Of a stretch of 64,000 bases of DNA, positions 1 to 9,755 are shown piece by piece. The stretch covers positions 17,798 through 81,797 of the forward strand of contig SYIL01000030.1 of NCBI GenBank assembly GCA_005798825.1, given 5' to 3'. Under the pieces are notes generated by a model. The model ran no database searches, was not told the DNA's origin, and saw nothing but the letters and a program-made list of their open reading frames with translations. The translations under genes and the position numbers were made by a program. The first letter of the stretch is position 1. Each line of letters starts with the position of its first letter. This stretch comes from Bacteroidota bacterium (GTDB lineage: Bacteria > Bacteroidota > Bacteroidia > NS11-12g > UBA955).

Positions 1-108
1 TTTTTACGCCGATACGCCAATTTGTTTGACACCATTCAAGGGGCTGTTCAGAATTACATCGCAGACGTGAAAGCCAGTAATTTCCCCAATAAAAAAGAAC
101 AGTATTGA
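1..108 (+). CDS. panB: 3' end of 3-methyl-2-oxobutanoate hydroxymethyltransferase (partial, runs off the window start)
   Basis: Frame 1 reads FLRRYANLFDTIQGAVQNYIADVKASNFPNKKEQY*, the typical PanB C-terminus (F-x-R-R-Y...Y-x-x-D-V-K...F-P-x-x-x-E-x-Y). Not in the ORF track. Confidence 0.85.
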   Translation, partial: FLRRYANLFDTIQGAVQNYIADVKASNFPNKKEQY

Positions 109-156
109 TTTATAATCTGGGTATTTTGGTTGAGATGTAACTAAAATTTAAAACAA

Positions 157-654
157 ATGTCGATCTCAATCATAATTGAAACCCTCACGGAAGAGCATTA
201 TTCTCAAGTAGCATCGATTTTTAATCAGGGGATAATGGGAGGCAATGCAACCTTCGATGCAGTATCTACCCCCTGGGAATCTTGGGATCGTATGCACCTG
301 TCTCATACGCGTTTTGTAGCTAAATTTGGAAATCAGATTGTGGGTTGGGTTGCCTTGAGTTCGGTTTCTGAACGATCTGTTTTTGAAGGTGTAGCAGAGT
401 TAAGTGTTTATATTCACAACGATTTTCAAGGAAAAGGGATAGGCAATGCACTGATGTGTGAAGCCATTCTTGTTTCCGAATCAAAAGGCATTTGGACACT
501 TCAATCAGGAATATTTCCTGAAAATATACCAAGCATTCGCCTGCATGAAAATCATGGATTTCGAAGGGTCGGATTTCGGGATAAAATTGGGAAAATGCCA
601 GACGGAACATGGCGTGATATTGTGATGATGGAACGAAGATCTCTGCAGATGTAA
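157..654 (+). CDS. GNAT N-acetyltransferase, phosphinothricin/methionine-sulfoximine acetyltransferase (Pat/YncA)-like
   Basis: ATF near the N-terminus, ELSVYI..FQGKGIG acetyl-CoA motif, N..SIRLHE..GFRRVG, WRD. Confidence 0.9.
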   Translation: MSISIIIETLTEEHYSQVASIFNQGIMGGNATFDAVSTPWESWDRMHLSHTRFVAKFGNQIVGWVALSSVSERSVFEGVAELSVYIHNDFQGKGIGNALMCEAILVSESKGIWTLQSGIFPENIPSIRLHENHGFRRVGFRDKIGKMPDGTWRDIVMMERRSLQM

Positions 655-778
655 AATTTTCCTCTGGTCAATCAGATCTATTGCAATAAACAAGGCAATA
701 AACACTCTGTATTTACAACCTTAGTGTGCATTTTGGTGAATTGATTCATTGTGCACCATTCAATCAGCAAAATACAGA

Positions 779-1435
779 TTATGCTTTTCCTTTGGCGTGG
801 TCGGCTAAGAATTGCGCCAATCCAAGATCTGTCAAGGGGTGTTTGAGCAGTCCGAGTATAGCACTGAGTGGGCATGTAACTACATGGGCACCTGCTTCTG
901 CGCATTTTACAATATGCAATGGGCTCCGAATACTGGCGGCAAGGATTTCGGTTTCGTAACCCTGTATGGCATAAATTTCTGCAATTTGTCCGATTAAATC
1001 TACACCATCCCAATTCATATCGTCTATCCGGCCAATGAATGGAGATAGGTAGGTAGCACCTGCTTTGGCAGCCAAAATAGCTTGGCCTGCACTAAAAATT
1101 AGGGTACAATTGGTTCTAATGCCCTTGCTGTGAAAATATTTAATGGCTTTTACACCGTCTTTAATCATCGGTATTTTTACCACAATATTGGGATGCAATG
1201 CCGCGAGTATTTCTCCTTCTGCAACCATACCATCAAAATCGGTGCTAATTACTTCTGCGCTCACATCCCCATCAACCAATTCACAAATGGCTTGGTAATG
1301 AGCTTTGACAGCTTCTGCAGAAAAGACACCCTCTTTTGCCATTAGGCTTGGGTTTGTGGTTACGCCATCCAAAATTCCGAGGTCATTGGCTTCTTTGATT
1401 TGTGCTAAATTCGCAGTGTCGATGAAAAATTTCAT
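779..1435 (-). CDS. fsa: Transaldolase / fructose-6-phosphate aldolase (TalC/FSA subfamily)
   Basis: [20 protein letters not shown] (Schiff-base Lys), [15 protein letters not shown]; 218 aa. Confidence 0.93.
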   Translation of the reverse strand: MKFFIDTANLAQIKEANDLGILDGVTTNPSLMAKEGVFSAEAVKAHYQAICELVDGDVSAEVISTDFDGMVAEGEILAALHPNIVVKIPMIKDGVKAIKYFHSKGIRTNCTLIFSAGQAILAAKAGATYLSPFIGRIDDMNWDGVDLIGQIAEIYAIQGYETEILAASIRSPLHIVKCAEAGAHVVTCPLSAILGLLKHPLTDLGLAQFLADHAKGKA

Positions 1436-1440
1436 AAAAA

Positions 1441-1448
1441 CAAAGTTA
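1441..1448 (-). promoter_or_regulatory. Bacteroidota sigma-A -7 element (TAACTTTG) for fsa
   Basis: Exact TAnnTTTG match, 5 nt before the ATG. Confidence 0.65.
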
Positions 1449-1565
1449 GGGGTTTAAGGGGATTGCATATACAATATTGGCGTCTTAATGGATTATTTTT
1501 GCAATCATTCAAACTTTTTTTTATTGATTTCGTTAACTTGTAATTAAATCCTAATTAAACAATTC

Positions 1566-1979
1566 ATGAAACGAAGAGTCGCAGTGTATCGAACTGCACA
1601 TTTTAATGCCGCCCATCGCTTAAATGTGCCTTCATGGACCGATGAGAAAAACCGAGAAATCTTTGGTTTGTGCAACAATGACCACTACCACGGACACAAT
1701 TACGATTTACATGTCCGCGTTGAAGGTGAGTTGGATGAGACTACCGGTTATTTGATTGATTTAAAAGTTCTAAAGCAATATATAGAAGAGGAAATCATTG
1801 AAAAGTTTGACCATAAGAATTTGAATTTAGATACCCCAGATTTTAAAGATTTAAATCCTACTGCTGAGAATATTGTTTGGGTGATTTGGCAAAAATTACG
1901 CCTACGTTTGGATCCCAAATTTAATTTAGGTGTAAGATTGTATGAAACGCAACGTAATTTTGTAGAGTTTAATGGATAA
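1566..1979 (+). CDS. queD: 6-carboxytetrahydropterin synthase / 6-pyruvoyl-tetrahydropterin synthase
   Basis: FNAAHRL, C..HYHGHNY, DHKNLN, PTAENI, LYET; overlaps folE. Confidence 0.92.
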   Translation: MKRRVAVYRTAHFNAAHRLNVPSWTDEKNREIFGLCNNDHYHGHNYDLHVRVEGELDETTGYLIDLKVLKQYIEEEIIEKFDHKNLNLDTPDFKDLNPTAENIVWVIWQKLRLRLDPKFNLGVRLYETQRNFVEFNG

Positions 1980-2646
1980 GAATTTAGCAAATCAAATGCT
2001 CAAACAATGGGATGAAATGGGTGACTCACACATTTCAATCAAACCAGAAACGCCCTTGCGTGAAGATGCATTTGCAATCGATGATGCACTTAAAATTGAA
2101 TTAATAGCCAAACATTTTAAAGAAATTATGCACGTACTGGGTTTGGACCTAGAGGACGAAAGTTTAAAAGGAAGTCCGGTTCGTGTCGCAAAAATGTTTG
2201 TTAATGAGCAATTTAAAGGACTGGACCCTAAAAATAAGCCCGATCCAACACTGTTTCAAAACAACTACCGGTATGCAGAGATGTTGGTAGAAAAAAATAT
2301 ACAATTTTACAGCACCTGTGAACACCATTTTGTGCCAATTTATGGCCATGCGCATGTGGCCTACATCAGCAGTGGCAAAGTGATTGGATTAAGTAAAATC
2401 AATCGGATTGTTGATTACTTTGCAAAAAGACCCCAAGTACAGGAGCGTTTGACTGTTCAAATTGCTGAAGAACTGAAGCAGGTGTTGGATACCCAAGATG
2501 TTGCCGTAATTATTGATGCCAAACACATGTGTGTTGCAAGCCGAGGCGTTAAAGATACCGCTAGTTCGACAGTGACCAGTAGTTTCCATGGAAAATTCTT
2601 GGATTCTTCTGTTCGTTCTGAACTATTGAAGTATATCAGTGGATAG
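1972..2646 (+). CDS. folE: GTP cyclohydrolase I
   Basis: STCEHHFVP, GLSKINR, RPQVQERLT, HMCVASRGV. Confidence 0.97.
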   Translation: MDKNLANQMLKQWDEMGDSHISIKPETPLREDAFAIDDALKIELIAKHFKEIMHVLGLDLEDESLKGSPVRVAKMFVNEQFKGLDPKNKPDPTLFQNNYRYAEMLVEKNIQFYSTCEHHFVPIYGHAHVAYISSGKVIGLSKINRIVDYFAKRPQVQERLTVQIAEELKQVLDTQDVAVIIDAKHMCVASRGVKDTASSTVTSSFHGKFLDSSVRSELLKYISG

Positions 2647-2678
2647 TGTTGGCTCAGCGTGTTAAAAATATTAAAATC

Positions 2679-2706
2679 AAAAAAGCAGCGTTTTCGCTGC
2701 TTTTTT
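2679..2706. terminator. Bidirectional intrinsic terminator between folE and tRNA-His
   Basis: AAAAAA-GCAGCG-TTTT-CGCTGC-TTTTTT: a perfect stem with A and T tracts, between convergent genes. Confidence 0.85.
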
Positions 2707-2716
2707 GCTTTTAGAG

Positions 2717-2791
2717 GGCGATTAACCGGACTTGAACCGGCGACCCCTAGCGCCACAAGCTAGTGCTCTAACCACCTGAGCTATAACCGCC
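2717..2791 (-). tRNA. tRNA-His (GUG), with G-1 encoded and CCA not encoded
   Basis: Reverse complement GGCGGTTATAGCTCAGGTGGTTAGAGCACTAGCTTGTGGCGCTAGGGGTCGCCGGTTCAAGTCCGGTTAATCGCC. Anticodon stem CTAGC/GCTAG with loop TTGTGGC, GGTTCAAGTCC T-arm, G-1:C73 pair typical of His. Confidence 0.96.
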
Positions 2792-2804
2792 ATTTTATGG
2801 GCTG

Positions 2805-2812
2805 CAAAGATA
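2805..2812 (-). promoter_or_regulatory. -7 element (TATCTTTG) for tRNA-His
   Basis: Exact TAnnTTTG match, 13 nt upstream of the tRNA. Confidence 0.7.
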
Positions 2813-2893
2813 GATTTTTTTTGAATGATTTTTATTTTGCCCAGGAATGATTTTATAAATGATCAATAATTTGAAGAGCCGCAGTGAGCGGCT

Positions 2894-2901
2894 TACTTTT
2901 G
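2894..2901 (+). promoter_or_regulatory. -7 element (TACTTTTG) for the glycan operon
   Basis: Exact TAnnTTTG match, 4 nt before the GTG at 2906. Confidence 0.6.
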
Positions 2902-2905
2902 TCGT

Positions 2906-4357
2906 GTGCAAACAGCGAAACAGGTATTGTGGTTGGCGGGTTGGTTTCCATCGATTTCGAATGGAGCATCGGGTAATTTCATCGCCAGACATGCCGATGC
3001 TTTTGCCGAATACAATGCTAAAATGCCCTGTGGATATGATTTGCATGTCTTGCATTGTGCCCCATATCGGTTTTTGGGTAAAAAAGTTAAACCCCTTAAT
3101 TCTTCCGCCTTGGGGTATTTATTATTATGGTGTTGTGTTCCTCAATTCGGATTCATAGGACATGCGGTCAATGGTCAATATGGTGATCGGCCATCTCCTT
3201 TCGCTCGAGTAGTAAACGAAATAGTTAAAACCATTAATCATTTACTGTATATGGTATATTTCCGCAGATTTTTGCAGCTGTATTTGCGCAATCATGGCAA
3301 TCCTGTTCTTGTCCACGTCCATGCTGCCGACAAAATTGGTAGAATTGTTCCATGGCTGATAAAAAAGCTGGGTGTTCCACTTTGGCTCACAGAGCACTGG
3401 GCAATTTTCAATGAAATAGTGGAGGATGGTTTTTCCAAGAGATCAATTTCATTTCAGAGAATGTACAAACGATTGTGGAAAATTCTCACAATTTCTGCTC
3501 CGGTTAGTCAGTCTTCTCAGAATGATTTGCAATACTATTTGGGCGATGTTTTGCCTTCGATTTCGTCTGACCAACCCGTTTCCAATGGTTTTTTAATGCC
3601 TTTTGTTTTATTTCGCAATGTGGTGGATACCAGGGTGTTTTATCCGATCTCGGGGATCTCTGTTTTACAGGAAGTGGGTTTAATCAACACTTCAATCTCA
3701 AACAGGAAACCCAATCCCAAACTGCCTATCTCAGCAAATTCTTTTTCTGAAAGCAACGCATCGGTTAACACAGAGGGCAACGCAGAAACATACCCAGCAA
3801 TCGAAACCATAAAACAAAAAGTGCCTTATCGCTTTATTCATGTATCATCTTTGGATATCCGAAAAAATGGCGACGGTATTATACGCGCATTCGCGCAATT
3901 CCAAAACGACAATAAAAACAATGCAATACTAACAGTGGTGGGAGAAAATAACCAATCGATGATACTGTTGTCTCAGCGTTTGAATATTCAAGACAAGGTT
4001 TTTTTTACGGGAAATTTGCCGATTTGTGGGGTTGCAGATGCCATGCGTGCAGCAGATGCGTTTGTACTTTTTTCAACAATGGAAAATGCGCCCTGTGTGA
4101 TTTCAGAAGCCCTTTGTTGCGGATTGCCCGTAATCGCTACCGAAGTGGCAGGTATTCCTGAAATGATATTTCCCAAACGCAATGGATTGCTAGTAGCTGT
4201 GTCAGATGAAGACGCGTTGTCCAAAGCCTTTTCAGAATGTATGCGTATATTTCCTGCATCGCCATACAATGAAATCGCGCAAGACGCTCACAATATCTAT
4301 GGGTACGACTCAGTAGCCGAGACCTTAACCAAATCGTACCAAAAAATCTTGAACTGA
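2906..4357 (+). CDS. Glycosyltransferase family 4 (GT-B)
   Basis: LWLAGWFPS N-terminus, TEHW, C-terminal FVLFS.MENAPCVISEALCCGLPVIATEVAGIPE (E-x7-E); carries a long linker insertion. Confidence 0.9.
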   Translation: MQTAKQVLWLAGWFPSISNGASGNFIARHADAFAEYNAKMPCGYDLHVLHCAPYRFLGKKVKPLNSSALGYLLLWCCVPQFGFIGHAVNGQYGDRPSPFARVVNEIVKTINHLLYMVYFRRFLQLYLRNHGNPVLVHVHAADKIGRIVPWLIKKLGVPLWLTEHWAIFNEIVEDGFSKRSISFQRMYKRLWKILTISAPVSQSSQNDLQYYLGDVLPSISSDQPVSNGFLMPFVLFRNVVDTRVFYPISGISVLQEVGLINTSISNRKPNPKLPISANSFSESNASVNTEGNAETYPAIETIKQKVPYRFIHVSSLDIRKNGDGIIRAFAQFQNDNKNNAILTVVGENNQSMILLSQRLNIQDKVFFTGNLPICGVADAMRAADAFVLFSTMENAPCVISEALCCGLPVIATEVAGIPEMIFPKRNGLLVAVSDEDALSKAFSECMRIFPASPYNEIAQDAHNIYGYDSVAETLTKSYQKILN

Positions 4358-4359
4358 AT

Positions 4360-6327
4360 ATGTGTGGAATAGCAGGTGTAATCTCGTTTTCTAAATACAA
4401 CGCCCAAGAAATTCGGCATATTGGAAGCACTTTTTCACAGCAATTGGCACACCGTGGTCCAGACGATGAGGGATATATTTGTTTTGTAGATGGGCCCGCT
4501 ATAACGCTGCATGGACCGCATACAGACGCACACTGTTGCGATCAAAATCCCACACGATCAATCGAAACTTTCATTGCTGAATCGCATGGTTTGATGTTGC
4601 ATCGGAGGTTATCAATCTTGGGACTATCTGCGCGAGGACACCAACCCATGCGCAGTAATTGTGGGCGATATTGGATTAGCCTTAATGGTGAAATTTACAA
4701 TTATAAAGAACTTGCCGACGAGTTTAAATTGGGCAATTCATCCCAAACTGATACTGAAATTTTGTTGGAATTATGGAAATTGAAAGGACCCGATTGTCTC
4801 TCACGTCTGGATGGGTTTTTTGCGTTTTCTCTCTGGGATGATGAATGTAAGCAATTGTATCTTGTTCGCGATCGATTGGGCGTAAAACCCCTGTATTATG
4901 CGTGCAACAAGGATGCCTTTTGGTTTGCCAGTGAAGACTATGCCTTGTCCTATACAATGCAACAACATGGATTGAAAGAATATGGGGTTGATGCCCTCGC
5001 TGTTCAGTTGCATTTGGAATTCGGGAAATCGGATAAAATTTCTTTATTCCACGGAATTCAAGAACTACCAAAGGGGTCGTATCTGTGTTTTACATCTCAC
5101 AATTGGAAAATCCCTGTCGAATCATCGCTTGTTGTTTGGTATAATCCTCTCCGAGATCACACAACCCAAAAACAGCAACAGGCTCCACTTGCAGGTGAAA
5201 AAGAAACTACCATAGAAAAATTTGTAAAACCAGATCCAAGTATACTTCGAACCCAATTGTTGGATAGCATCACCCGGCGTTTGCGCAGCGATGTCCCAAT
5301 TGGCTTTGCAGTAAGCGGGGGAATCGATAGTGCAGCATTGCTTGCCTTTGCCAAACTCATATTACCCAAAGGAACAGAATTTCATGTATTTTCGATCAAT
5401 GCACCGGGCAGCGAGGGCGATGAAAGTATGTGGCAAAAGATGGTTGTTAATTCACTGGGAGGTATTTGGCATCCAATCGATATTTCAATGGAAACATCCG
5501 ATTTGCTTTTAAAATATACAATGAAAACCCATCGACCCGCTGTAGCTTGGAATAACTTGGCTCATTTTGTTCTTTGCGAGGCCGTTCAAAAAACAGGTAT
5601 TAAAGTATTGTTTAATGGTCAGGGTGCCGATGAACTGTTTGCAGGTTATCCCCATTATTATACAGCCTCATTTTGGAAAGAGCGAAAGTCTCTCTGGAAA
5701 CACCGCCACAAATGGCCCATTTCTTTTTCTTCCGCAGCGAAACAATGGATTAAAAAAACCGTAGGATCGTTTTTGGGTCGGATTTTTCAAACCGATTTGC
5801 AGGTGTTGATGCATGACGATTATTACGGTGATTGTTTGGGTCAATTGTTGCGCTACGAAGATCGAAATTCAATGTCATGTGGCATTGAAAGTAGAAATCC
5901 ATTTGCCGATGACCATATGTTGGCTGAGACATGGCTCAACAATGAACCATTGGAGTTTAATAACAATAAAAAAAGTTCCTTATCAGATCGCTTAAACAAT
6001 GGATATTCCAAAGGGGTATTGCGAGCTGCATTAAAAGGAGACCAGGATTTAGAATCTGACAATTGGAAGAATTCTTTGTTGCCCAAAGCCTTGATTTTGA
6101 GAACTGATAAAAAAGGGTTTACAGTGCCAGCACATAGTCTTACGTTGCGCTGTTTGGAAGATTGGAAGCCGTATATATTGTCTACACAATTGGATGATTT
6201 TGTGGCGATAAGCCTCAGAAAAAAAGTATTGAAACAAGCCAAAGATACCCAGACATTGTTTCGTTGGGCTTCGATGGGATGTTTTTTAGAAGCGCTTATT
6301 GGAAAGGGGTTGCCGAATGAAAAATAG
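4360..6327 (+). CDS. asnB: Asparagine synthase (glutamine-hydrolysing) family amidotransferase, probably glycan-amidating
   Basis: MCGIAG, HRGPD, HRRLSI, NGEIYNY, RDRLGVKPLYY, SGGIDS, GQGADELFAGY, DRNSM..IESRNPF; lies between a GT4 and a flippase. Confidence 0.9.
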   Translation: MCGIAGVISFSKYNAQEIRHIGSTFSQQLAHRGPDDEGYICFVDGPAITLHGPHTDAHCCDQNPTRSIETFIAESHGLMLHRRLSILGLSARGHQPMRSNCGRYWISLNGEIYNYKELADEFKLGNSSQTDTEILLELWKLKGPDCLSRLDGFFAFSLWDDECKQLYLVRDRLGVKPLYYACNKDAFWFASEDYALSYTMQQHGLKEYGVDALAVQLHLEFGKSDKISLFHGIQELPKGSYLCFTSHNWKIPVESSLVVWYNPLRDHTTQKQQQAPLAGEKETTIEKFVKPDPSILRTQLLDSITRRLRSDVPIGFAVSGGIDSAALLAFAKLILPKGTEFHVFSINAPGSEGDESMWQKMVVNSLGGIWHPIDISMETSDLLLKYTMKTHRPAVAWNNLAHFVLCEAVQKTGIKVLFNGQGADELFAGYPHYYTASFWKERKSLWKHRHKWPISFSSAAKQWIKKTVGSFLGRIFQTDLQVLMHDDYYGDCLGQLLRYEDRNSMSCGIESRNPFADDHMLAETWLNNEPLEFNNNKKSSLSDRLNNGYSKGVLRAALKGDQDLESDNWKNSLLPKALILRTDKKGFTVPAHSLTLRCLEDWKPYILSTQLDDFVAISLRKKVLKQAKDTQTLFRWASMGCFLEALIGKGLPNEK

Positions 6328-7696
6328 TCCTGTTAACACGTTTGCTTGGCAATTGCTAAAGGCCCTCACAGCCGCATTGGTGGTGGTTTTATATTCTAGA
6401 TTGTTGGGATCAGCGGGCCGGGGTGAATTGTCAATTTTGCTTCTGGATTTGCAGCTGATACTTATGTTAAGTGAGTTGGTGGCGGGATCTGCATTGGCAA
6501 ATTTATTAATTCGGTATTCTCAAAAACGTATTTTGCCCACTGCATGGATTTCATTGCTATTGGTTTTATTTTTTGGCTATAGATTGGGTATGTATTTTAA
6601 TATCTCCCACGATTTTCTGCAGATACTGTTCTTACAGGGTATGTTTTTGGGCGGTTTGAATATTCAATACAATATTTATCAAGCAAATGAATGGATTTAC
6701 AGGCGAAACCCGCTACAGTGGGGATTAGAGATTATCAAGTTGTGTCTGTTGGGGATGGTATTTATTATCGGCACAAGCATTGATGGAAAACGATCAACAA
6801 CCATGGCCGGCTTGTTATCCTCAAACATTGACCCAGCGATAGACGACCCTAATGTATACGGAATTTTGTTAATATTGGCCTTTTCCTCGGGTTTAATTTG
6901 GCTTATTTCGGTTTGGAAAACCCGGGGGTATTTAAAAGGAGTCAATAGATTTACATTGCCTCCAATGGAAATGTTTCGGATGGGATTGGGATCGCAACTT
7001 GGTCACGTATTGTTATTTCTTTTATATCGTTTGCCCTTATGGTTTGTCTTCAGCCGATGTGGAAGTGCCCAAGCGGGAGTATTTGCGAATGCTTTTTTGA
7101 TGGCAGACACCCTTTGGGTTTTTGCCAATTCTTTCGGAACTATTTTACACAGCCGTATTTTAGGCAGGGAGAATTACCTTTTTCGCATGAATTTGGTGGC
7201 CCGGTATATGTTGCTTTCGGCTGTGGGCACTTTACTGATGATTTTGGGAATTATTCTGGTTCCAAATTTTATATTCGTTTGGATTTTTGGCAATGATTTT
7301 TCGGGACTCAAAGAAAATTTTATCCTTATTGCGCCAGCAATACTCTGTTTGGCTTTGTCTGCGCCTCTGGGGCATTACCTGCATGCGGCCAATAGGTTTA
7401 AAACTTTGATAGCTTCGAATGCTGTAGCGGTTCTAATTTTTTTAGTGCTAGGGTTTGCACTAGATCCTCAGGGATACGAATATGGACGATTGACGCTCAA
7501 CAGTACTCCCAGATCTATGGTTGTTTTGGGAATTTGTATCGACAATTATCACGGTTTGATGATTGCTGTTAACACTGCTTTTTTTGCCTTACTGGCCATG
7601 AATTGGTTTGCTGTAAAGCCTCGATTTAGAAAAGGATTCCGGTGGAAATTTATACTCAGATACACAAGAAGTATCGTAAAAAGCGCATTGCCTTAG
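6317..7696 (+). CDS. Polysaccharide flippase (Wzx/MATE-like) membrane protein
   Basis: About 12 hydrophobic segments, SRLLGSAGRG N-terminal Wzx-like motif, GSAQAGVF, IFGNDF; start overlaps the asnB end. Confidence 0.75.
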   Translation: MKNSPVNTFAWQLLKALTAALVVVLYSRLLGSAGRGELSILLLDLQLILMLSELVAGSALANLLIRYSQKRILPTAWISLLLVLFFGYRLGMYFNISHDFLQILFLQGMFLGGLNIQYNIYQANEWIYRRNPLQWGLEIIKLCLLGMVFIIGTSIDGKRSTTMAGLLSSNIDPAIDDPNVYGILLILAFSSGLIWLISVWKTRGYLKGVNRFTLPPMEMFRMGLGSQLGHVLLFLLYRLPLWFVFSRCGSAQAGVFANAFLMADTLWVFANSFGTILHSRILGRENYLFRMNLVARYMLLSAVGTLLMILGIILVPNFIFVWIFGNDFSGLKENFILIAPAILCLALSAPLGHYLHAANRFKTLIASNAVAVLIFLVLGFALDPQGYEYGRLTLNSTPRSMVVLGICIDNYHGLMIAVNTAFFALLAMNWFAVKPRFRKGFRWKFILRYTRSIVKSALP

Positions 7697-7752
7697 TTGT
7701 ATACTTTTTAACACAATCTTGAGTTTGTGGAATGAACCCGTTGTGGAATATG

Positions 7753-7760
7753 TATTTTTG
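7753..7760 (+). promoter_or_regulatory. -7 element (TATTTTTG) for gdhA-psd
   Basis: Exact TAnnTTTG match upstream of gdhA. Confidence 0.6.
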
Positions 7761-7788
7761 CAGCGTATTTAAATAAAAATCATTCACA

Positions 7789-9063
7789 ATGACAATCGTA
7801 AATCAAAGTGGAATACCACAGTATAATCCATTAGAGAGTATGCAAAGGCGCTTCGATGAAGCAAAGGATATTTTGGGATTGGATGAACAATTCGCCAATG
7901 TTTTAAGGGTTCCTGACAAAGTGGTTGCCGCCAATATTCCTGTAACAATGGATGACGGAACCATACGGGTATTTGAAGCCTATCGGGTTGTCCATAGTGT
8001 ACACTTAGGACCATCCAAAGGAGGAATTCGTTATAGTTTGGATGTCAATGTTGATGAGGTAAAAGCACTTGCGGCTTGGATGACTTGGAAGTGTGCGGTG
8101 GTCAATGTTCCTTTTGGTGGAGCTAAGGGAGGCATTAAGTGCGATCCGAGAAGTTTGAGTAAAGGAGAGTTGGAACGAATAACCCGTGCTTACACACTTT
8201 CAATGAGGCATGTTTTTGGTCCTGACAAAGATATACCCGCTCCTGATATGGGTACAAGTGCCCAAGAGATGGCTTGGATTGTTGACGAATTTAGCAAAAT
8301 CTCTGGCCATAATTCCTATGCAGTTGTTACGGGTAAACCCCTTATTTTGGGGGGGAGTTTGGGTCGTGTTGAAGCGACCGGTAGGGGGGTTATGGTGAGT
8401 ACCCGCAGTGCGATGGCAAAATTGGGAATGAATCCAACCAAAACTACTTGTGTGGTTCAGGGATTTGGAAATGTTGGCAGTATTTCTGCTAAATTAATAG
8501 CCCAAATTGGGGTAAAAATTGTTGCAATTTCTGATGTAACCAGTGGCTATTTTAATGTGGATGGAATTGATGTTGAAAAGGCTATTGCGTATGTTGAAAA
8601 AAGTGAAAATAAAACCTTGGAAGGTTTTGATGGTGGGGTAAAAGTGAGCAATGAGGAATTACTAGAATTACCCTGCGATATTTTGGTTCCCGCAGCCATG
8701 GAAGACCAAATCACCCCCGAAAATGCTTCTCGCATAAAAGCGAAATTAATTGTTGAAGGAGCCAATGGCCCCACAACAGCCGAGGCAGACCATATTCTCA
8801 ATGAAAATAAAATTTTGGTAGTGCCCGATATACTGGCAAATGCAGGCGGGGTTACAGTTTCATACTTCGAATGGGTTCAGAATCGATTGGGATATTATTG
8901 GACAGAGGAACGTGTCAACCGCAGGGCCGACCGGGCGATGAAACAAGCGTTTGACAATGTATATGCCACCAGCGAGAAATACAATGTGGACATGAGAATT
9001 GCAGCCTATATTGTTGCTTTGGACAAAGTTGCGAGTACCTTAAAACTAAGGGGATCATTTTAA
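7789..9063 (+). CDS. gdhA: Glutamate dehydrogenase
   Basis: GPSKGGIRY, GGAKGG, DIPAPDMGT, VQGFGNVG, EGANGP, PDILANAGGVTVSYFEW. Confidence 0.95.
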   Translation: MTIVNQSGIPQYNPLESMQRRFDEAKDILGLDEQFANVLRVPDKVVAANIPVTMDDGTIRVFEAYRVVHSVHLGPSKGGIRYSLDVNVDEVKALAAWMTWKCAVVNVPFGGAKGGIKCDPRSLSKGELERITRAYTLSMRHVFGPDKDIPAPDMGTSAQEMAWIVDEFSKISGHNSYAVVTGKPLILGGSLGRVEATGRGVMVSTRSAMAKLGMNPTKTTCVVQGFGNVGSISAKLIAQIGVKIVAISDVTSGYFNVDGIDVEKAIAYVEKSENKTLEGFDGGVKVSNEELLELPCDILVPAAMEDQITPENASRIKAKLIVEGANGPTTAEADHILNENKILVVPDILANAGGVTVSYFEWVQNRLGYYWTEERVNRRADRAMKQAFDNVYATSEKYNVDMRIAAYIVALDKVASTLKLRGSF

Positions 9064-9066
9064 TCT

Positions 9067-9723
9067 ATGCGTATACACAAAGAGGGTTTTACCATACTCA
9101 TCGTCACTGCGTTTATGCTTATCGGATTCAATGCGGGGATTCGTTTTTTGGCAGGAGAAGACAGCCTTTTTGCTTTAATATTTTTGATTCTTTCCCTTAT
9201 TTTCTATGGTCTGGTAATTCAGTTTTTTAGAAACCCTCTGCGCATTACCCCCCAAGAAGCTGGGAGTATTATTGCGCCAGCAGATGGCCAAGTTGTTGTG
9301 ATTGAAGAGGTCGAAGAGTTGGAGTATTTTAAGGATAAACGTCGACAAATAAGCATTTTCATGTCGCCGTTTAATGTTCACGTTAACCGTGTTCCTATCT
9401 CAGGGAAGGTGGTTTATCACAAGTATTTCAAAGGAAAATATCTGGTAGCATGGCATCCAAAAAGTAGTACCGAAAATGAAAGAACTTCCGTAGTAATGGA
9501 AGAGAATGGGAAAGAAGTATTATTCAGACAAATTGCTGGTGCTGTGGCAAGAAGAATCGTATGCTATGTCAAACCGGGTGACGAATTGTCGAAAGGAGAT
9601 GAATACGGATTCATTAAATTTGGATCGCGAATGGATGTGTATTTGCCATTAAATGCAGATATTACAGTGGAAATTGGCCAAAAGACAATTGGAGGACAAA
9701 CGGTTATTGCAAAATGGAAATAA
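9067..9723 (+). CDS. psd: Phosphatidylserine decarboxylase proenzyme
   Basis: FFRNP, APADG, IFMSPFNVHVNR, QIAG..ARRI, IKFGSR self-cleavage motif. Confidence 0.95.
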   Translation: MRIHKEGFTILIVTAFMLIGFNAGIRFLAGEDSLFALIFLILSLIFYGLVIQFFRNPLRITPQEAGSIIAPADGQVVVIEEVEELEYFKDKRRQISIFMSPFNVHVNRVPISGKVVYHKYFKGKYLVAWHPKSSTENERTSVVMEENGKEVLFRQIAGAVARRIVCYVKPGDELSKGDEYGFIKFGSRMDVYLPLNADITVEIGQKTIGGQTVIAKWK

Positions 9724-9755
9724 TTTGATATATTTGTGTTATAAAAAATAATATC

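Noticed and set aside
706..778. MITE bounded by a 9-bp inverted repeat (TCTGTATTT/AAATACAGA)
   Set aside because: The repeat is short and AT-rich, with no target-site duplication and no second copy noticed in the window.
2717..7696. Genomic island integrated at tRNA-His
   Set aside because: The glycan genes lie on the 5' side of the tRNA, and I saw no integrase and no duplicated tRNA 3' end.
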